A DNA stretch of 64,000 nucleotides. It comes from Callorhinchus milii (Eukaryota). A program made the position numbers and the translations under genes. Every line of letters begins with the position of its first letter. Positions within the stretch are counted from its first letter, which is position 1. Location of the stretch: the NCBI RefSeq assembly GCF_018977255.1, contig NW_024704743.1, positions 101,372,001 to 101,436,000 on the forward strand, in the 5' to 3' direction. The notes beneath the pieces are model-generated. The model saw only the letters and a program-made list of their open reading frames with translations. It did not search any database and had not been told where the DNA came from. This document shows positions 35,306 to 49,284 of this stretch, one piece after another.

Positions 35306-36897
35306 TATACAGTCTTAACATTTTGCCACTCATGATTTCACATCAGATTGAAACTGACAGTCGTGAGGAGTGGGGAATGGCCAGGGGGAGAGGGGGGATT
35401 CTCTGGTTTACATGCCAGCATTCACTTTTAGAATTAAATCTATTCTGCATTCACTCCAGTATGACGTGTACAGTATAAATGGAGTGTAAGACCTGCCCAC
35501 TGAGACCATTCAGAGTTCAGGTATTTTATTTGACGTCAGTGGTGTTTAAATACATTCCTTTCATTGTTTGTGGGCATTTGATCAAATATATTTCATATTT
35601 GTGGTGTAACTATTTAAAGTAGTCAAATCTATCCCATTTTCTTTTCCAACAAGAATTCTGTCTCAATTCTTTCTCCACCTCGATAGTAAAGCACATATAG
35701 ATATCACACTTATTTCAAATTAAGATCATCCAAACTCATTGCGGTATCCCAGGGTTTATACTTGCTTCTCTCTAGATTCAGTTAATACTGAATTAAATTA
35801 ACAGCCAAAAGTTTTCGAGTTTTTCTTTCCCACAGGAAAGAGAATGAGATTCGTATCAGACATTGTCCCAGCCTGACTGAACTCTCCTATTTTGCCGCTC
35901 AGTCTGACTCTGAGGTCAAGAGGTAGGGGTTTTCACTTTAACCAACGTAAATAACTCTTCACCACTTAGCCTTGACCAAATTTCTCTGATTCTGCCTCAA
36001 ATTTGCAATAAATATGAATTTCCAGCACTAACACTACATTTGCTGGGAGGTTTTAGAGGCGAGTTTAGTTTGTGCTGTAAATCCAAGCTTGTTATGAGTT
36101 CACAGCTGTTTCCGAGCAAATTCCCAAGTGCAAATGACATAATTATTTATTCTGATCGCAGTTCAGAGTAAGAAACTCCCACCTCTGAGAAGTTGATTTA
36201 TGATGGACTGTGAAGCCGAAGATTTATAAGAAACTGGCATAAATACCCAATGTAAATATGCTGCTGTTTCTTTGTTGTGGGAATGTGGAATACATCCATC
36301 AGTTTTGTAACTGGGTTGCAAGCAAACTCCTGAAAAGATCTCAATGCATGCTTGGAGGTCACCAAACCTTGACTCTGGCCAACCTGTGCCTAATGCCCAT
36401 TGAAATTAGGTTAGCAGAGTGCATTCCTCCAGGGAAAAATGTGCATTCCATACCATCACATGGAACTTCCATGTGTAGGTGGCATACATGGAACTCTCAG
36501 TCTGGTTTGGATACTCTTAAGCCTGTTGCTGGGTTTCCTTGTGTGTCGAACACCTGGCTGACCCAAAAAATAAATATCTCACTCTATTTGGATCAAGGTG
36601 GTTCAAAGTTAAATGTTTCCCCTCCCCATCATGATCCACTTTGGTTCATACAGAGGTATAAACCATATAGCCTGAGCTAGTTCACATCAATACATTGAAG
36701 GGTGTTAAATGAAGGAAGATCATATCAAGCTTTTACACTAGCCTAGCGGGATCTCCTTCATTCTAGAGACAGAAACAAAACAGGTTAGGGGCTATTACTA
36801 TAGGTCAGAATTTCAAGTGTTTATACATGCAAGCATCTAGTCATGGTTTCAGCACAGTATACCAAGTCTCACTGCTTTCAGGCTGTTCTCAGTGAAT

Positions 36898-37090
36898 ACA
36901 ACAACAACTTCCATTTATTTAGTGTCCTTTGTGTATGATAACGTCTTAAAGTACTTTAAAAAGACATCGAGTAGGGGAGAAAGGGGAAGGGGTGGTGACT
37001 ATAGGCTTGGTTGAAGAAGAAGGTTTTAAACAGATATTTAAAGATAGACAGAAAAGGGCCAAGTTGAATGGGTAGAGGGAGGCACTTACA
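36898..37090 (-). mobile_element. Degraded L2 3' end
   Basis: (CAA)n tail followed by purine-rich sequence similar to 30787-31100. Confidence 0.55.
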
Positions 37091-39645
37091 GAAGTTAAAG
37101 TTGTAAAATCTGAATTCAATCGAGCCTTTGTTTCATTATTCCTTCAATGTTGTACAGTAATTCCTAATTTTACTTAGTGTGTTTGAAGGTCCAAGTACAA
37201 GGAAATTGCCATGCAAAAGTGGCATACATAGCTACTTTTAAGCATGGTGTTGGATTTTTGCATGAAATGGACTTCTAGCTTATCAAAAATAATGTGTACT
37301 CTCTTTTCAAATGCGAAGAAAAAAGTTTATTTACAAAATTCACCTTAATCAGTGACATAAACAATTTTAACATTTAACATCTCAACATATTTTATGGCTT
37401 AGGAGGTCAACCAAGTCAGAGCTATAATCTGGATTTGGTTTAATTTACTTGTAATGTCACTTAATTTCATTCATGGAGTAAAACAACCCTAATAAGTATG
37501 AGGACAAAAACTAAGAAATCTCATTAAGGTCATATCATTATAACCCAAACTTAATGTGATCTAGCGGTGCAAATCAAATTCATTTAAATTTCATGAAGGT
37601 GTAAAACACCTGAGTACATACAGCTGTCAGCAGCAATGTTTGGATCAGTGCATTGTATGCAGATGTTGAGCTGTTGGTTCATTTCACGTCTCTTGTTCCC
37701 TGAAATGTTTCCTTTGTGCAGTCTCTTGACTGGTCTATGTAACTCCATTATGTTAAAGAGTGGAAACTCAGGTATCGAATGCTGTGTCTGCTGCATTGTT
37801 TATAATGGGATTATACTTCAACCTTTTCACAAGCCAGTTTGGCATTGCTCTGTTTTTGAAAAGACTGTCAGCTGGCAGAAAAACATAGATCTTCATGAAA
37901 GCCTGAAGCAAAAAAAAGCTATTTTGCCCATGGGTTCCCTCCATTGACAGTTACTTATTATAGACTGCTCCCCTTCAATTTATTTGAATGCCTAAACAAA
38001 AAGGTATACTGTGCATTACTTAACACTGCACTCTTTTACTCCCAAAATTCAGATGTAGAGCTCCAGAATATCTATGTCCCCATTCATCTTCTAATTCGGG
38101 GTGCCTTCCTCTTGGTATCGCTTGTATCTGGATCAGAAGGTTGTGGGGTCTGGCCACACATCTGGCCTCATAAGGAGCCAGCCTCGCTCAGTTGTTAGCA
38201 CTTTCACCTCTGAGTCAGAATAATAAATTCATCTTTTATTTGTCTTTGATCAATTTCAACGTGAATTTCTATTTGAATATTAGCCTGGATACCTTGGTAC
38301 CTTTTCAAACAGCACCAAGTGATCTTTAGTGATAATCTGCATGACCAAAAAGGTTATGCAGGACTATGATTAATATCCAATCCATAGGACAGCAGCGCCA
38401 ACAAAATTAGGCTCTCTGAATAGTGATTATAGAGATTATAAATGATGATTTCAGGTGTAGGACTTGAATGAATAAACTTCCAATTTAGAGGCAAGTGTGC
38501 TATTAACTAAGCCAAACTAATGTACAAAACGTCTCACTCTGTCACGATTGAAACCCCTCGAAACTTACTGGAGAATCAAAAGCCTCTTATAAACACTTTT
38601 GCCAACAGTCAGATTTAAATCTTTACTTGATTCCTACTGTGTTGTGTCTTGAAGTACATGTGTCAGACCAGTAATCTGATAGTGTGTGAGCGTTGTCTTG
38701 AGTTTCAGAAAAAAAATCACTCCAAGTTGTGGATTCCAACTGTTGACAAGGTTGATGTTTCCGATTTGTTATGAAGCATGTTTACTTTATTGAAGTGGTC
38801 ACTTTCCAGCCGAGATTCATATCCAATAAATTGAAGATTGCAAATGAAAACGTGCATTCTCAAGCAATGCAGCTGGAGAAGCTTAGTGCTGTGGTGCTAC
38901 AGTTTTGGAAGAATTTAGTGGAGCAGATGCCAAAACAGGAATAAAAGAGATTATTGTTAATGGATGAGTTTTACACTGTGATCTTATGCCACTTTGGACC
39001 ATTTAAAGAGAAAGCTTTATAAATAAAGACCAGCATTGGTGCAGTGCCGAGAGAGTGCTGCGTTGATAGTGGTGCTGTCTTTTGGATTAGATATTAAAAC
39101 GTGGTCGTATCTATCTGGTTCTGGTATATGTTGTCTATTTAAGGTTTGAAGGAGGAATTGGGCAGCACTTTGTGCTTGCAGTAGTAATACAAATAAAAGT
39201 ACAATACTGCATACAAATTCTTAGACAGTTTACATTTTTACTCATTCTTTTGTTTTCTGCCTTTTTTTCCTCTGATGATTTGCCATCTGCCTTAGGCTAC
39301 ATCAATGCCACTTTAACAAGTCTCTTAGACAGAAGGAAAATTGGCCCATTGATGTGACCATATCTTCTATTTGAGCTTCTCCTCTCTTCTGAGAGCTGTT
39401 TCGACTCCACTTCTTTACCTCTTTCAAATAGCACGATCAAAGCTTCAAACTCTCTGTATCATAATCATTCCAACAACCCATGCATTTTAACTGTATCCAC
39501 TGGCTGCTTTAGCAACAGGAATTGAAGGAGGTCAGGTGATAAGTTTAATAGGGTCCAAAATGCAGGTTGAGCTAAACCTTCTTCTATGTTCAAATACATG
39601 CAGTTGCCTTTATTATTCAATTAACCAACAACAAAGATAACTGAG

Positions 39646-39810
39646 TAATAATCCTTGCATTTTATATCACTTAGTTGTGACGTCTCAAAGCGCTACACAG
39701 AATATAATGGCAAGTAGATTGATTGTACATTTGTGGGCAAAACGCGGCAGCCAATTGCACACAGCAGTGTCCCACAAGCCATTGTGAATTGAGTGACCAA
39801 ATTTATTTTG
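39646..39810 (-). mobile_element. SINE family A, 3' half
   Basis: taataatccttgcatt...gcggcagccaattgcacacagcagtgtcccacaa. Confidence 0.85.
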
Positions 39811-40377
39811 AATAACTATAATTGTTTTCTTTGGTAGTTAATTATTAGCATTATTTCATTAGTCAATAGTGGGCTATTAGCACAACTCACATTTTAGACC
39901 TCAATGCATTGCATTTAATCATTTAAAAAATGTCTCTTTTTCACAAAGTCACAATCAATACATTCGTCTGGTTTGCAAATGCCGCATTTTAGAGTCCAGC
40001 ATATAATGTATTCTATTTACATGCAAGAAACTCCTATTACAAATTTGGAAATCCATTTATTCTATTCATAATCCAACTTTATTTATGTAGCAGTAGATTT
40101 TTGAGCACTGTCAGTGTCTAATGATAAACAGTTCAGTGTCTAATGATGCAGTTCTTTAAACATTTCTTCGGAGTATGCCAAACCCGAATAGATTAATAAC
40201 TCATACATTCATTTCTATGGATTCAAAACCATAGCCACGTCCAACACCACATCCGACGCCTCTGAAGAAGTTGCCATTAATGTGTCTGAGGAGGAGGTGG
40301 ATCCAGAGAAGATGTGGAAGTGGAAAAAGAGAAGGGGTGATACTGAATGCTCTAAAAACATCCCAAGGGTACAATAA

Positions 40378-40500
40378 ATAATAATAATTCTTCTCTTTGA
40401 TATAGCGGCTTTCACATCAGGAGGTCAGGAGAACACCTCAAAGCGCTTCAAGGGATTTATTGTGAAGTGTAGTGACTGTGGATTTTGTAGGCAAACATAG
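40378..40500 (-). mobile_element. SINE 3' tail fragment
   Basis: ataataataattc...tttgatatagcg...aaagcgcttca. Confidence 0.7.
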
Positions 40501-40659
40501 CTAACAAAAGAGAAACACTGTCAAATAACCCCTCAATTCCAACGTCACCCAAAAATCTATTTCAGCATCTGCAGCTGCAAAATCAGCTTCAGTATCTGGA
40601 GGGTTTGGAGATGGTAACACCGCCCACGCCCACCCCATCACCTTCCCATCATAAACCTT

Positions 40660-40725
40660 AACATAACGTAACATGTAGGAGCAGGAGTAGGCCATTCGGC
40701 CCTTCGAGCCTGCCCTGCAATTCAA
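40660..40725 (-). mobile_element. CR1 3' terminus
   Basis: acataacgtaacatgtaggagcaggagtaggccattcggcccttcgagcctg. Confidence 0.75.
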
Positions 40726-41207
40726 CCTTAATATCCCATGTACACTGTACTCTTATTGCTTACATGTCTTGAAAAAGTTTCAAGTCAACACTGAAACACA
40801 GTATAAATCTGATCTATAGCGTGGCAAAAGTAGTTTTAGAAGAACAGATCAGTTCTAGATTGTTGCTCCTTCCTTCTCCAAACCTGCTGGCACTGTGACA
40901 AAGTTCAAGGTTTTACTTTTAATATAAAATTATTAATTACATTTAATTTTTTTTAAAACATTTTCTTTGTAGTTCCAGATGTCACAGAAGGCGTATTATT
41001 AATTGCTTTCATATTTTGACAGGAACACTGATCTAATTATTGGCACCAGGAAAATAAGCAGATTTCATTTCCTTTTTAGATTTCAAGGGCAATTTTTTCT
41101 GTTTAACCTTTTAAAAAATTGTTTCTTTGCCCATGACTGAACTGACACACTTACATCAACACACCATAGTCCTTCATAGATCGCATTACTTTCTCCGGTC
41201 CAGTTCC

Positions 41208-41450
41208 CTTGGGTTCTTCCATCTTGAGAGAAGACAACTCAGGGGAGATCTCCTGGAGGTGTATAAAACTTTAAATGGGATTGTAAAAATAAGCCCAGAA
41301 TAATACTTTAGGATGCACTGAAACAGTAATAAAGAGGGCATAGGTTTAGAGTTGCTGGGGCAATTTGAAGATAGATATCAGGAAGTTTTTCTTTACTCAG
41401 AGGGTAATTAATGACTGGAACAGATTGCTGAACTCATTTAAAAAGCATGT
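41208..41450 (+). mobile_element. CR1 ORF2 C-terminal fragment
   Basis: LGFFHLERRQLRGDLLEVYKTLNG...FFTQRVINDWNRL. Confidence 0.85.
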
Positions 41451-41457
41451 GAGGGGA

Positions 41458-42140
41458 TAAGAATATAAGAACATAAGAAATGCTAGACGGAAAAAGACCA
41501 AGTTCCATCTAGTTTGCCTTCCACCTTCCTGGCGGTCGAATGCACATATGGCCCAAACTACCTATGTACTATATTCCATAATGTTATTTCCTAAAAGTAA
41601 ACTGTCTATCTGTGATTGAAAGTATCAACACTTCCTGCTTCAACCGTCTCCCTAGGAAGCTTGTTCCACAGGTTGACTATTCGCTCAAAATAGTGTTTGC
41701 ATAGATTTGTTCTGAATTTACCCCCCTTCATTTGCAGGCCGTATCCTCTGGTTTTACTATTATGGACAAGTTGAAACAGCATATGCTCTATACTGTCTTG
41801 CCCCTTTAGAATCTTAAATACAGCAATCAGGTCACCTCTCAATCTACTCTTTTCCAGCGTGAACATGCCCAATTTACTTAGTCGCTCTTCATAGTCCAGT
41901 CCTTCCATTCCCTCAATCATTTTGGTTGCCCTCCTCTGTATCTTCTCGATTTCTCCAATATCCTTTTTGTACTGCAGAGACCAGAACTCTACACAGTACT
42001 CAGTATGGTCTCACCAATGATTTATACAGTGGCAGGATTACCCCACTATTTTGGCTTGCTATTGATCTTTTGAAACATCCCAACATCTGGTTTGCTTTAT
42101 TCACTGACACAGAGCATTGTTGGGAGACTGAGATGCTGTG
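41458..42140 (-). mobile_element. CR1 LINE 3' fragment with tail
   Basis: MIEGMEGLDYEERLSKLGMFTLEKSRLRGDLIAVFKILKG...IVNLWNKLP; taagaacataagaa tail repeat. Confidence 0.93.
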
Positions 42141-42554
42141 AGGGGAAGTCTGTAGGGTGGGTATTCTGGAGGGATCAGATGGGCTGAAGGACCCTCTTTA
42201 TTCAAACCAATCATGTGATCTTGTGTGTGCCCCAACTCAACTCCCTGTTTAGTTTTCTCCAACATATTTTACACTTGTCTGTCCTCTGTATCACTTTCTT
42301 AGTTTCTTCCACTATCGGCATTTGTCTCAATTTGTACAAATTATATTCTTCACTCCAAACTGCCTGCTTAATCACATGGAATTCTTCAATGTTCCATCTC
42401 TGATAATCTTCTCACTTTTCTGAGCAGTCACAACCTCTTGCTTTCTCTGGCAATACATTGGCTCTCTACAGCTCTGTATACGTTCAGTTGATTGTATTAT
42501 GGGTTTCCCAGGATGTATTGTAATATTGCTAGTCTATTTCCATCATAGTAAGTG

Positions 42555-42760
42555 CAATAATAAACCCTCAAGAAAAAAAACCAATAATAAATTGGTCACT
42601 TCAATCTGCGACTGTTTGTGGGACACTGCTGTGTGCGATTGCCTTCTGTGTTTCGCCCACAAATATAGTCAATTCTATAGTCTATTCTGTGAAGCGCTTT
42701 GAGACGTCGAGAAGACGTGAAAAGTGCTATATCAAATGCAAGGATTATTATTATTATTAT
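42555..42760 (+). mobile_element. SINE family A, 3' two-thirds
   Basis: Close match to about 63245-63451. Confidence 0.9.
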
Positions 42761-43244
42761 TGCATTTTTTAAAACAAATCTTTGACAAACTTCGCCTGCA
42801 GTTTTCAACATCTGGGTGATATTAATATAATGGGATTTAAAACTTCAATGAAAATGAAACTACCAAATATGTTGATTAAAATCCATGCATACTTTTAACG
42901 TGACATTACGTTATCTATTATCATTTTGTTGGCTTGCTTTTGTTAGCAAACTTATGAACCTCAATTGAACCAGGTTGACACTGTTCTGCTACATTGAAGA
43001 TAGCTAAAATATATTTTTTAACAAATACATTAATTCAGCTGCTTATTTCTGTATGGTATCCAGCATGGTATGTCCACAACCCTGTTTGAGCTTCAGAGGT
43101 AAGATTCAAACAGAGTGATTTATTTTACAAGATGAAATCAAAATAAATAGTTGAATTAAACCACAACCTTTGACACCGAAGCGAGGGAGGGTGCTACCAA
43201 CGGAGCCAAGCTGACATCTTTATTCACATTTTTATTCCTATTGA

Positions 43245-43620
43245 TATTCAAGCCCCACATCGGGACTTTAACTCACAGTCTAAGTTTACACTCCAGTACA
43301 CTGATGGAAAATGCTGCTATGTCAGAGGTGCTGTTCTTCAGATGAGATGTTAAACCAAGGCTCTGTCTGCCTGTTCAGCCACCGTTAAAGATTATTCGAA
43401 AAGAGAAGAGAGTTTCTCCCGCTGTCCTTGCCAACAATCCCCCAGATAAAAATGGTCATTCACTTCTACTTGTGGGAATTGCTGTGCACAAATTGGCTGC
43501 CACATTCGCTTACAAAATGCACAGTCACTACACTTTACAGGAAATCATGTGACATGCTTTGGGGCATCCTCCTGATGTGAAAGATACTATATCAAATACA
43601 AGGATTAATATATTATTATA
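43245..43620 (+). mobile_element. SINE family B
   Basis: ttcaagccccacatcgggac...cagatgagatgttaaaccaagg...gctgtgcacaaattggctgcc...tail. Confidence 0.85.
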
Positions 43621-44669
43621 TCATGGAACTTACTCCAAAAGAATGTCTTAAAAATGGACCTGTGATAGTTTTGAATAAAACCTTATAAAAAAAACACAAT
43701 ACAGTACTGTGCATATTTTAAAATATATACTGTATATTGCAGAAATACGCATTCGTGCAATGACTATAGAGACAATGTTAGAATGGGTTAAGTATCTTGA
43801 ACTTCTTTTTCACTTGGCAACTGGCCACATGGTATTTTATAGTCTTGAGCAATTCATCACTTATTGCATTGTAAATAAATTTAACTGCAGAAGAAATTAA
43901 AGGAAGATATTTACTGACTGTCACGCAGTTCTGACAAGGACAGTGAGCCCTCTAAATATGTTTGGACTTTTTTTTCATTTCTAGTTTATTACCCCTTTCC
44001 ATATTAAAAAAGTAATAAGAAGTTAATCATTTTTGGTCAAACTAAGCAATCATTTGGCAACAGTGTGATATCAGGTAATCACCTTGAAGTAAAACATACA
44101 CCTGCTCATGTGTTCTGCTAACTCACACTATTCAATGTTGAATATGACCTAAGTTCAGGTTTGTAATAGACATTGAATGCACTGATTAATAATTTCTAGT
44201 GATTCATAAAGCCACTACAACAATTGCATTTGATTCTTACATGACAAGTCAGAAAGGTATAAGGTTGCAAAATTCTCTCCCCCTTTCCTGTTCTCCTGAA
44301 GACAATGACTCATGCTGGGTGTGCAGTTCATGGGTGCCAGTTACTTCCTGGTACCTTTCCCAAATAGACATTCTTCATGAGTGAGCCAAGCCAGCCTGTC
44401 AGTACTCATTGAGCTCTAACTTGTGCTGCTCACTCTAAATAGCAACCGTTTTGCTATGCATTTTAGTGGGAAATCCCAATGTAAGTAATAGTTAAACGAA
44501 TTGCTATTTTTAGTGATCAGCATCAAGTTAGACCCCAGTGAGTGTTGGCAGAGGATTTCATTGTAGAAAGCATGTGAGCCCAATTGAACCATAAACATTT
44601 ACAGCACAGAAGGAGGCCATCCGGCCATTGTTGATCCTATTCCCACCCAAAGTCCACACATCAATACTT

Positions 44670-44800
44670 ATAAAATAATAATTTATTCATTTGGTATAGC
44701 ACCTTATCATGTCGAAATGTTTCAAAGGGCTTCACAGGATTTATTGCAAAGTGTAGTGACTGTATTTTTAGGTGAATGGGGCAGCCAATTTGCACATACT
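44670..44800 (-). mobile_element. SINE 3' tail fragment
   Basis: catttggtatagcaccttatca...gcttcacaggatttattg...gcagccaattt. Confidence 0.7.
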
Positions 44801-46689
44801 AATGGTTTGTAAACTTGGGAAGGTGCATCACTGGTATCACATTTACTTTATTAATTCAAATTGACGCATGACTTTAATGTATTCTTTTTATGAAATTATG
44901 AGTAGCAATGTAAGAAGCATTGTAGTGATGCAATGATGTTTATGTGCAAACACATCAGTAAAATTGTACAAGAACCAGGATCTAACTAAATGGGTTAGTG
45001 CATTGTCTGGTGCAACACTGAGCTAAACACATCTAGAAGATTGTAGCCTTGTTCCCATTCTGTGCTGAGCATCCTAATATCAGCCACAGTCGCAGTTGGG
45101 TGCATGAGTGATTGTAGAATCCTTAGCCATATAAGGGAATAATAAATTGGAATTCCATTTTTAATCAGTATTTGTTGACTCCTGGAAAGTTTGTGGAGAC
45201 AAAGGTTGTGGATTCACGCTCTACATTGAGGCTCTGAACTCGCAGTCCAGGATGACAATCCTGCAGTGTCAGGGGAGTGCTGCATTGTCAGTGGTGTGCA
45301 AAATACACAGTCAACCCATTGAACAGTAATTCTTGTGCAGTGCTTTGAGATGTTTCGCTGACGGGATAAGGCGCTATATCAAATGTAAAGATTATTATTA
45401 ATGTGGGTGGGAGAAAACCTTGTGTAAGAAGAGACCCAATGTGCAGAAAAATGAAGATAGTCAGGGGGTCTGCCACTCGCTCTTTATCATTTTTGGCTGT
45501 GGAGACTACAGGAAGGCAGTTCCATAGCACATAGTTCGGCAAGAACATGGGCTTCAGCTTCATACATGAGTACAACATTAGATCCTGTTAGCAGTACTAA
45601 ATAGGATAAAGTGGAGCACTGTTCAATTTAGTTCCATGAAGAGACCTTGGCTACTAAGAAATCAAGGTTACTGCTAACTAATCATTTTAATGCCAGTGTT
45701 CTCTCAACAGCTAAGCTCAACAGAACAAATTGTGGCAAAAGATCATCTATATGCAACATCGCAGGTGTCAGCCTGACTCAGTTGATAGCAATCTCACCTC
45801 CGAGTTGGAAGGTTTTAGGGTCGAGACTGAAACAAATAAAAGTGTGGATGAGTGTTCCTGTAGCCCAGTGGGAGATACTGTGGCAGAGTTGGGCAATTTT
45901 GCGGAGGTGAGGGAAAACAGAGCTTGTAAAAGCCTGGATAGTTTGAACAACAGTTAGTGGTTGAACAAGACTCTGAGTTCCATCTCCATGAGGTGGAATG
46001 AGCATTATTGTAGATTAATGCAATCAATACCTGAGGTATTAATTCACCAGTTAAGTCTCCTGATAGAAATCCAGGGTGTGTGTTTTTATTTTTCAATATT
46101 TTTGACAGAAGCTGCTCTCATAACATATAAGTCACTCAAGCAAAGTTCATTCTTGTTTGGTTGACTATTGCGACATTAAAGTTTGGATTTAAAAAGTGAC
46201 AACATTGCAGTGCCATTATTGGAAGGGTCCTCTTCAACTCCTTTCCAACTCCATACGAAAAATTCTGTGCTTATGTTACAAAAAAAGTTTATGAAAGAAT
46301 CTGCAGCCAGGAAGAATGATATGCTGCAGATTCCAAATAATGTGTAGGAGAGGAGCCAGTCTGCATGGAGTATTCAGTTTAGTGTATTTACTGCTGTACG
46401 GGTGTAAATCATGGACACAGCAAAGAGCCAAGTCTAACTTTTTTCTCAAGTGCAATATACAACACTGTCACATTTATTCAAAATAGTTTCAATAAGCTTA
46501 GAATATTACTTTGTTTAGATCCATATTAACTCACTTACGTTTGTGATCTACTATTGTGCAGCAGCTCTTGTTAATTCCTGGTACTAATGTGAATATCATG
46601 GATTAAAATAATAATGCATTCATTTGAATTTGCATTTGAGAACATTATATATTGTATATTAAGAACACTAGTGCCAGAGACAATTTCAC

Positions 46690-47070
46690 CTTAGCCTTAA
46701 GACCATTACCTGTCTTCAGATCACACCTGAAGAACTTCCTCTTTGACTGTGTCTAGTTATCTCCACTCTTTCCCTGTCTCACCCTCCAGGTCTGCCACTG
46801 TTAAAAGCTTTGAGATGCTACCTGAGTGAAGGGTGCTATATAAATGCAAGTTGTTGTGTTCTCATAAAATTATAAGATTTATAAGAAGAACTACTGAAAA
46901 CCATCTTCCAAATTAAGATTGAACAGGGTTTTCCAAAATTTTGCACAATATTAAATTTTAAGACAACAATCTCAAGGCTAAGACTATTAGAAATTTCTTG
47001 TGAAGCACTTTGAGATATCCTTCCAATGTGAAAGGCACTATATAAAATGTAATCATTATTATTATTATCA
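46690..47070 (+). mobile_element. Degraded L2 tail (to about 46860) and SINE tail (46995-47070)
   Basis: gtgctatataaatgcaagttgttg and gtgaagcactttgagat...(att)n. Confidence 0.6.
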
Positions 47071-47469
47071 TAAGTATTATTGATAATAAAACAATTTGGC
47101 TTGCTTCTCTGGAGAATGTGGGAAAATTAATAGTTCAGAACATTTCATCAAGCATAAATTGGGACCCATTATTTGCAAGATAGCACTCTGAGTAAAGTCA
47201 TTGTTATTGTGCTTATGATAACAGTTAGAAATAATGCAGCCAGGCAGTGCAAGATTAAACAAATAAGCATAAGTGAACATTTCTGTTAAAATAATAAGTT
47301 AACAGATTTATTGGCTGTCCATTTATTGTTTTAATACTTTTAATCAAGTTGTGTTCCAATTGCATGTTTTACCTATTTTACACACATGTATAATTTTTAA
47401 TTATTTTCAGTAGAGATTGGGGGAGAAATTCTACTCGGATCTAGATTTATCTATTGCTGTAGGTGCTGG

Positions 47470-47775
47470 CCTTCAGATGATACTTCAAACTGAGGTCCTG
47501 TCTGCTGTTCAGGTGGATGTTAAAGATCCCATGGCACTATTTGAAAAGAGAAGGGAATTTATCCCAGTGTCCTGGCCAACAATCCCCCAAGTAAAATTTG
47601 CTCCTGAGCAGAGTTGCAGAAGGTGAACTGCGACACATTCAGGATTCACTACCACAAATCCTTTTGGGAATCTCATCACAGGATTTTATTCTAAAGTGTA
47701 GTGACTGTATTTGTGGGTGAATACTGCAGCCAATTTGTGCGAGGTAATATCCTACAGAATACCAGGAAGTGAATG
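47470..47775. mobile_element. SINE family B fragments (+ then -)
   Basis: caggtggatgttaaagatcccatggcactatttgaaaagag, then a reverse 3' segment. Confidence 0.7.
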
Positions 47776-48895
47776 TTTTAATCTGTATTGGCCTCTCAAA
47801 TGTTTACACTAGCAATTGGTGTTTGTACCCATGTCTCATTACATTTCACCAAAGTACTGCCACCAATCACAATATGAGTGTTCTGTATCATTATTTACAT
47901 ATTTTATACATTTATTTATTTCAGTCACACAAATTGTTCTGAAAAAAGTATTTAAGTTTTAGTTTCCATTTGAGAAAAATTCTTGATAGATCAAAAACAT
48001 TTTTTGCAGTTGGTTTCGCAATCCACTTCAAAGCCTTCCTTAAAAGTACTGTGCATCAGTCCTCTTATGTATTTTTCGATTGTCTCTCAAATAAAATTGA
48101 ACAGGCAATCATTGGCACTTAAACTGCAAATTTTTTTAAAAATGAAAACGTTTAGGGACTTGTGAACCTGCGATTTGCCATATGTTTTATATCACTACTG
48201 ATGCCAATCAATACATTTATTTCAATCTGTAGACTGCTAACATTGTAAATAATTTTCCGCAAGTTAGAGAATGTTCCCAAGATGAATATTAAAAACACAT
48301 ATAGTAAGGAGTAAGATGAACCACTAATATATTAATCAAACTAAGGCTTTTCTGTCTAGGAAGCTTTTATCTGTGACATTATTGGGCATTCCTGTGACCT
48401 CTATTTTTCTCAGCTGAAGAGGAGTGTTTTAAAATGTCCTTTACATTAAAATAGCTGCTCAGCATGTTCTGCTTCCTGCTTGAGTGGCTGCTGATTAATT
48501 GTAAGAAATGTTAAAGTGCTTCATGAAGTCCATTTTGCACAAACTCTTCCTGCAGGTTTTTAAGAGTATGTCCTTGTCTCGTGAATTTGTGGTGTGTCTA
48601 CCACTTTTCTGAAAAGTTATGTGATACAGCTCCAAAAGATTCCCCAAACAACAGAAATAGTTTTAAGGTGATATCTGTTAGGATCAAGGTAACTATTCAC
48701 AGTTCAACTGTGCTTGTACATCTTTATACCTAAATATATCTTGCACTACATAGAATTACACAAAATCTGCAGCACTAAATCAAGCCACTTGAACCAACTA
48801 TTCCATGCTGTGTTTATATTCCATATAAGCCTCCACCTTTCTTAATCCCCCTTCACTCACATCCCCTATATGCCCTATTCCCTTCTCTTTTATGC

Positions 48896-49284
48896 ATAAT
48901 AATAATCATAATCCTTGCATTTGATATAGCATCTTATCATGTCTTTGAGATGCCTCAAAGCGCTTTACAGAATATACTGGAAAGTGAATTGACTGTATAT
49001 TTTGTGGACGAAACACCACAGCCAATTGCGCACAGCAGTGTCCCGCAAACAGTCATGGATTAAGTGACCAAATTATTATTATTATTTTTTTTTGGAAAGT
49101 ATTATTACCCACGGAAAAGCGATCCGCCAATTACAACTAACAACTGGGTTCCTACTTACTGCTACGTAAACAGAGGCATGTGGAGTAAGGAAACTTGACC
49201 AACATTTGGCCCTGCTGGGAATCTAACCCAGATCTCTCGCTTGCAAGGCAAGTGCTCTAACTAACCACTGAGCTACAGGACTCC
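48896..49284 (-). mobile_element. Full-length SINE family A, long variant, inside an older CR1 3' remnant (about 48750-49430)
   Basis: tRNA head, internal segment and tail; flanks carry reverse CR1 3' motifs (ggcagtgagttccacattctcacca). Confidence 0.92.

Noticed and set aside
36258..36680. 140-aa ORF
   Set aside because: No recognisable homology or exon context; length compatible with chance.
40111..40146. Short tandem duplication TCAGTGTCTAATGAT x2
   Set aside because: Ordinary slippage-type duplication; not an array.
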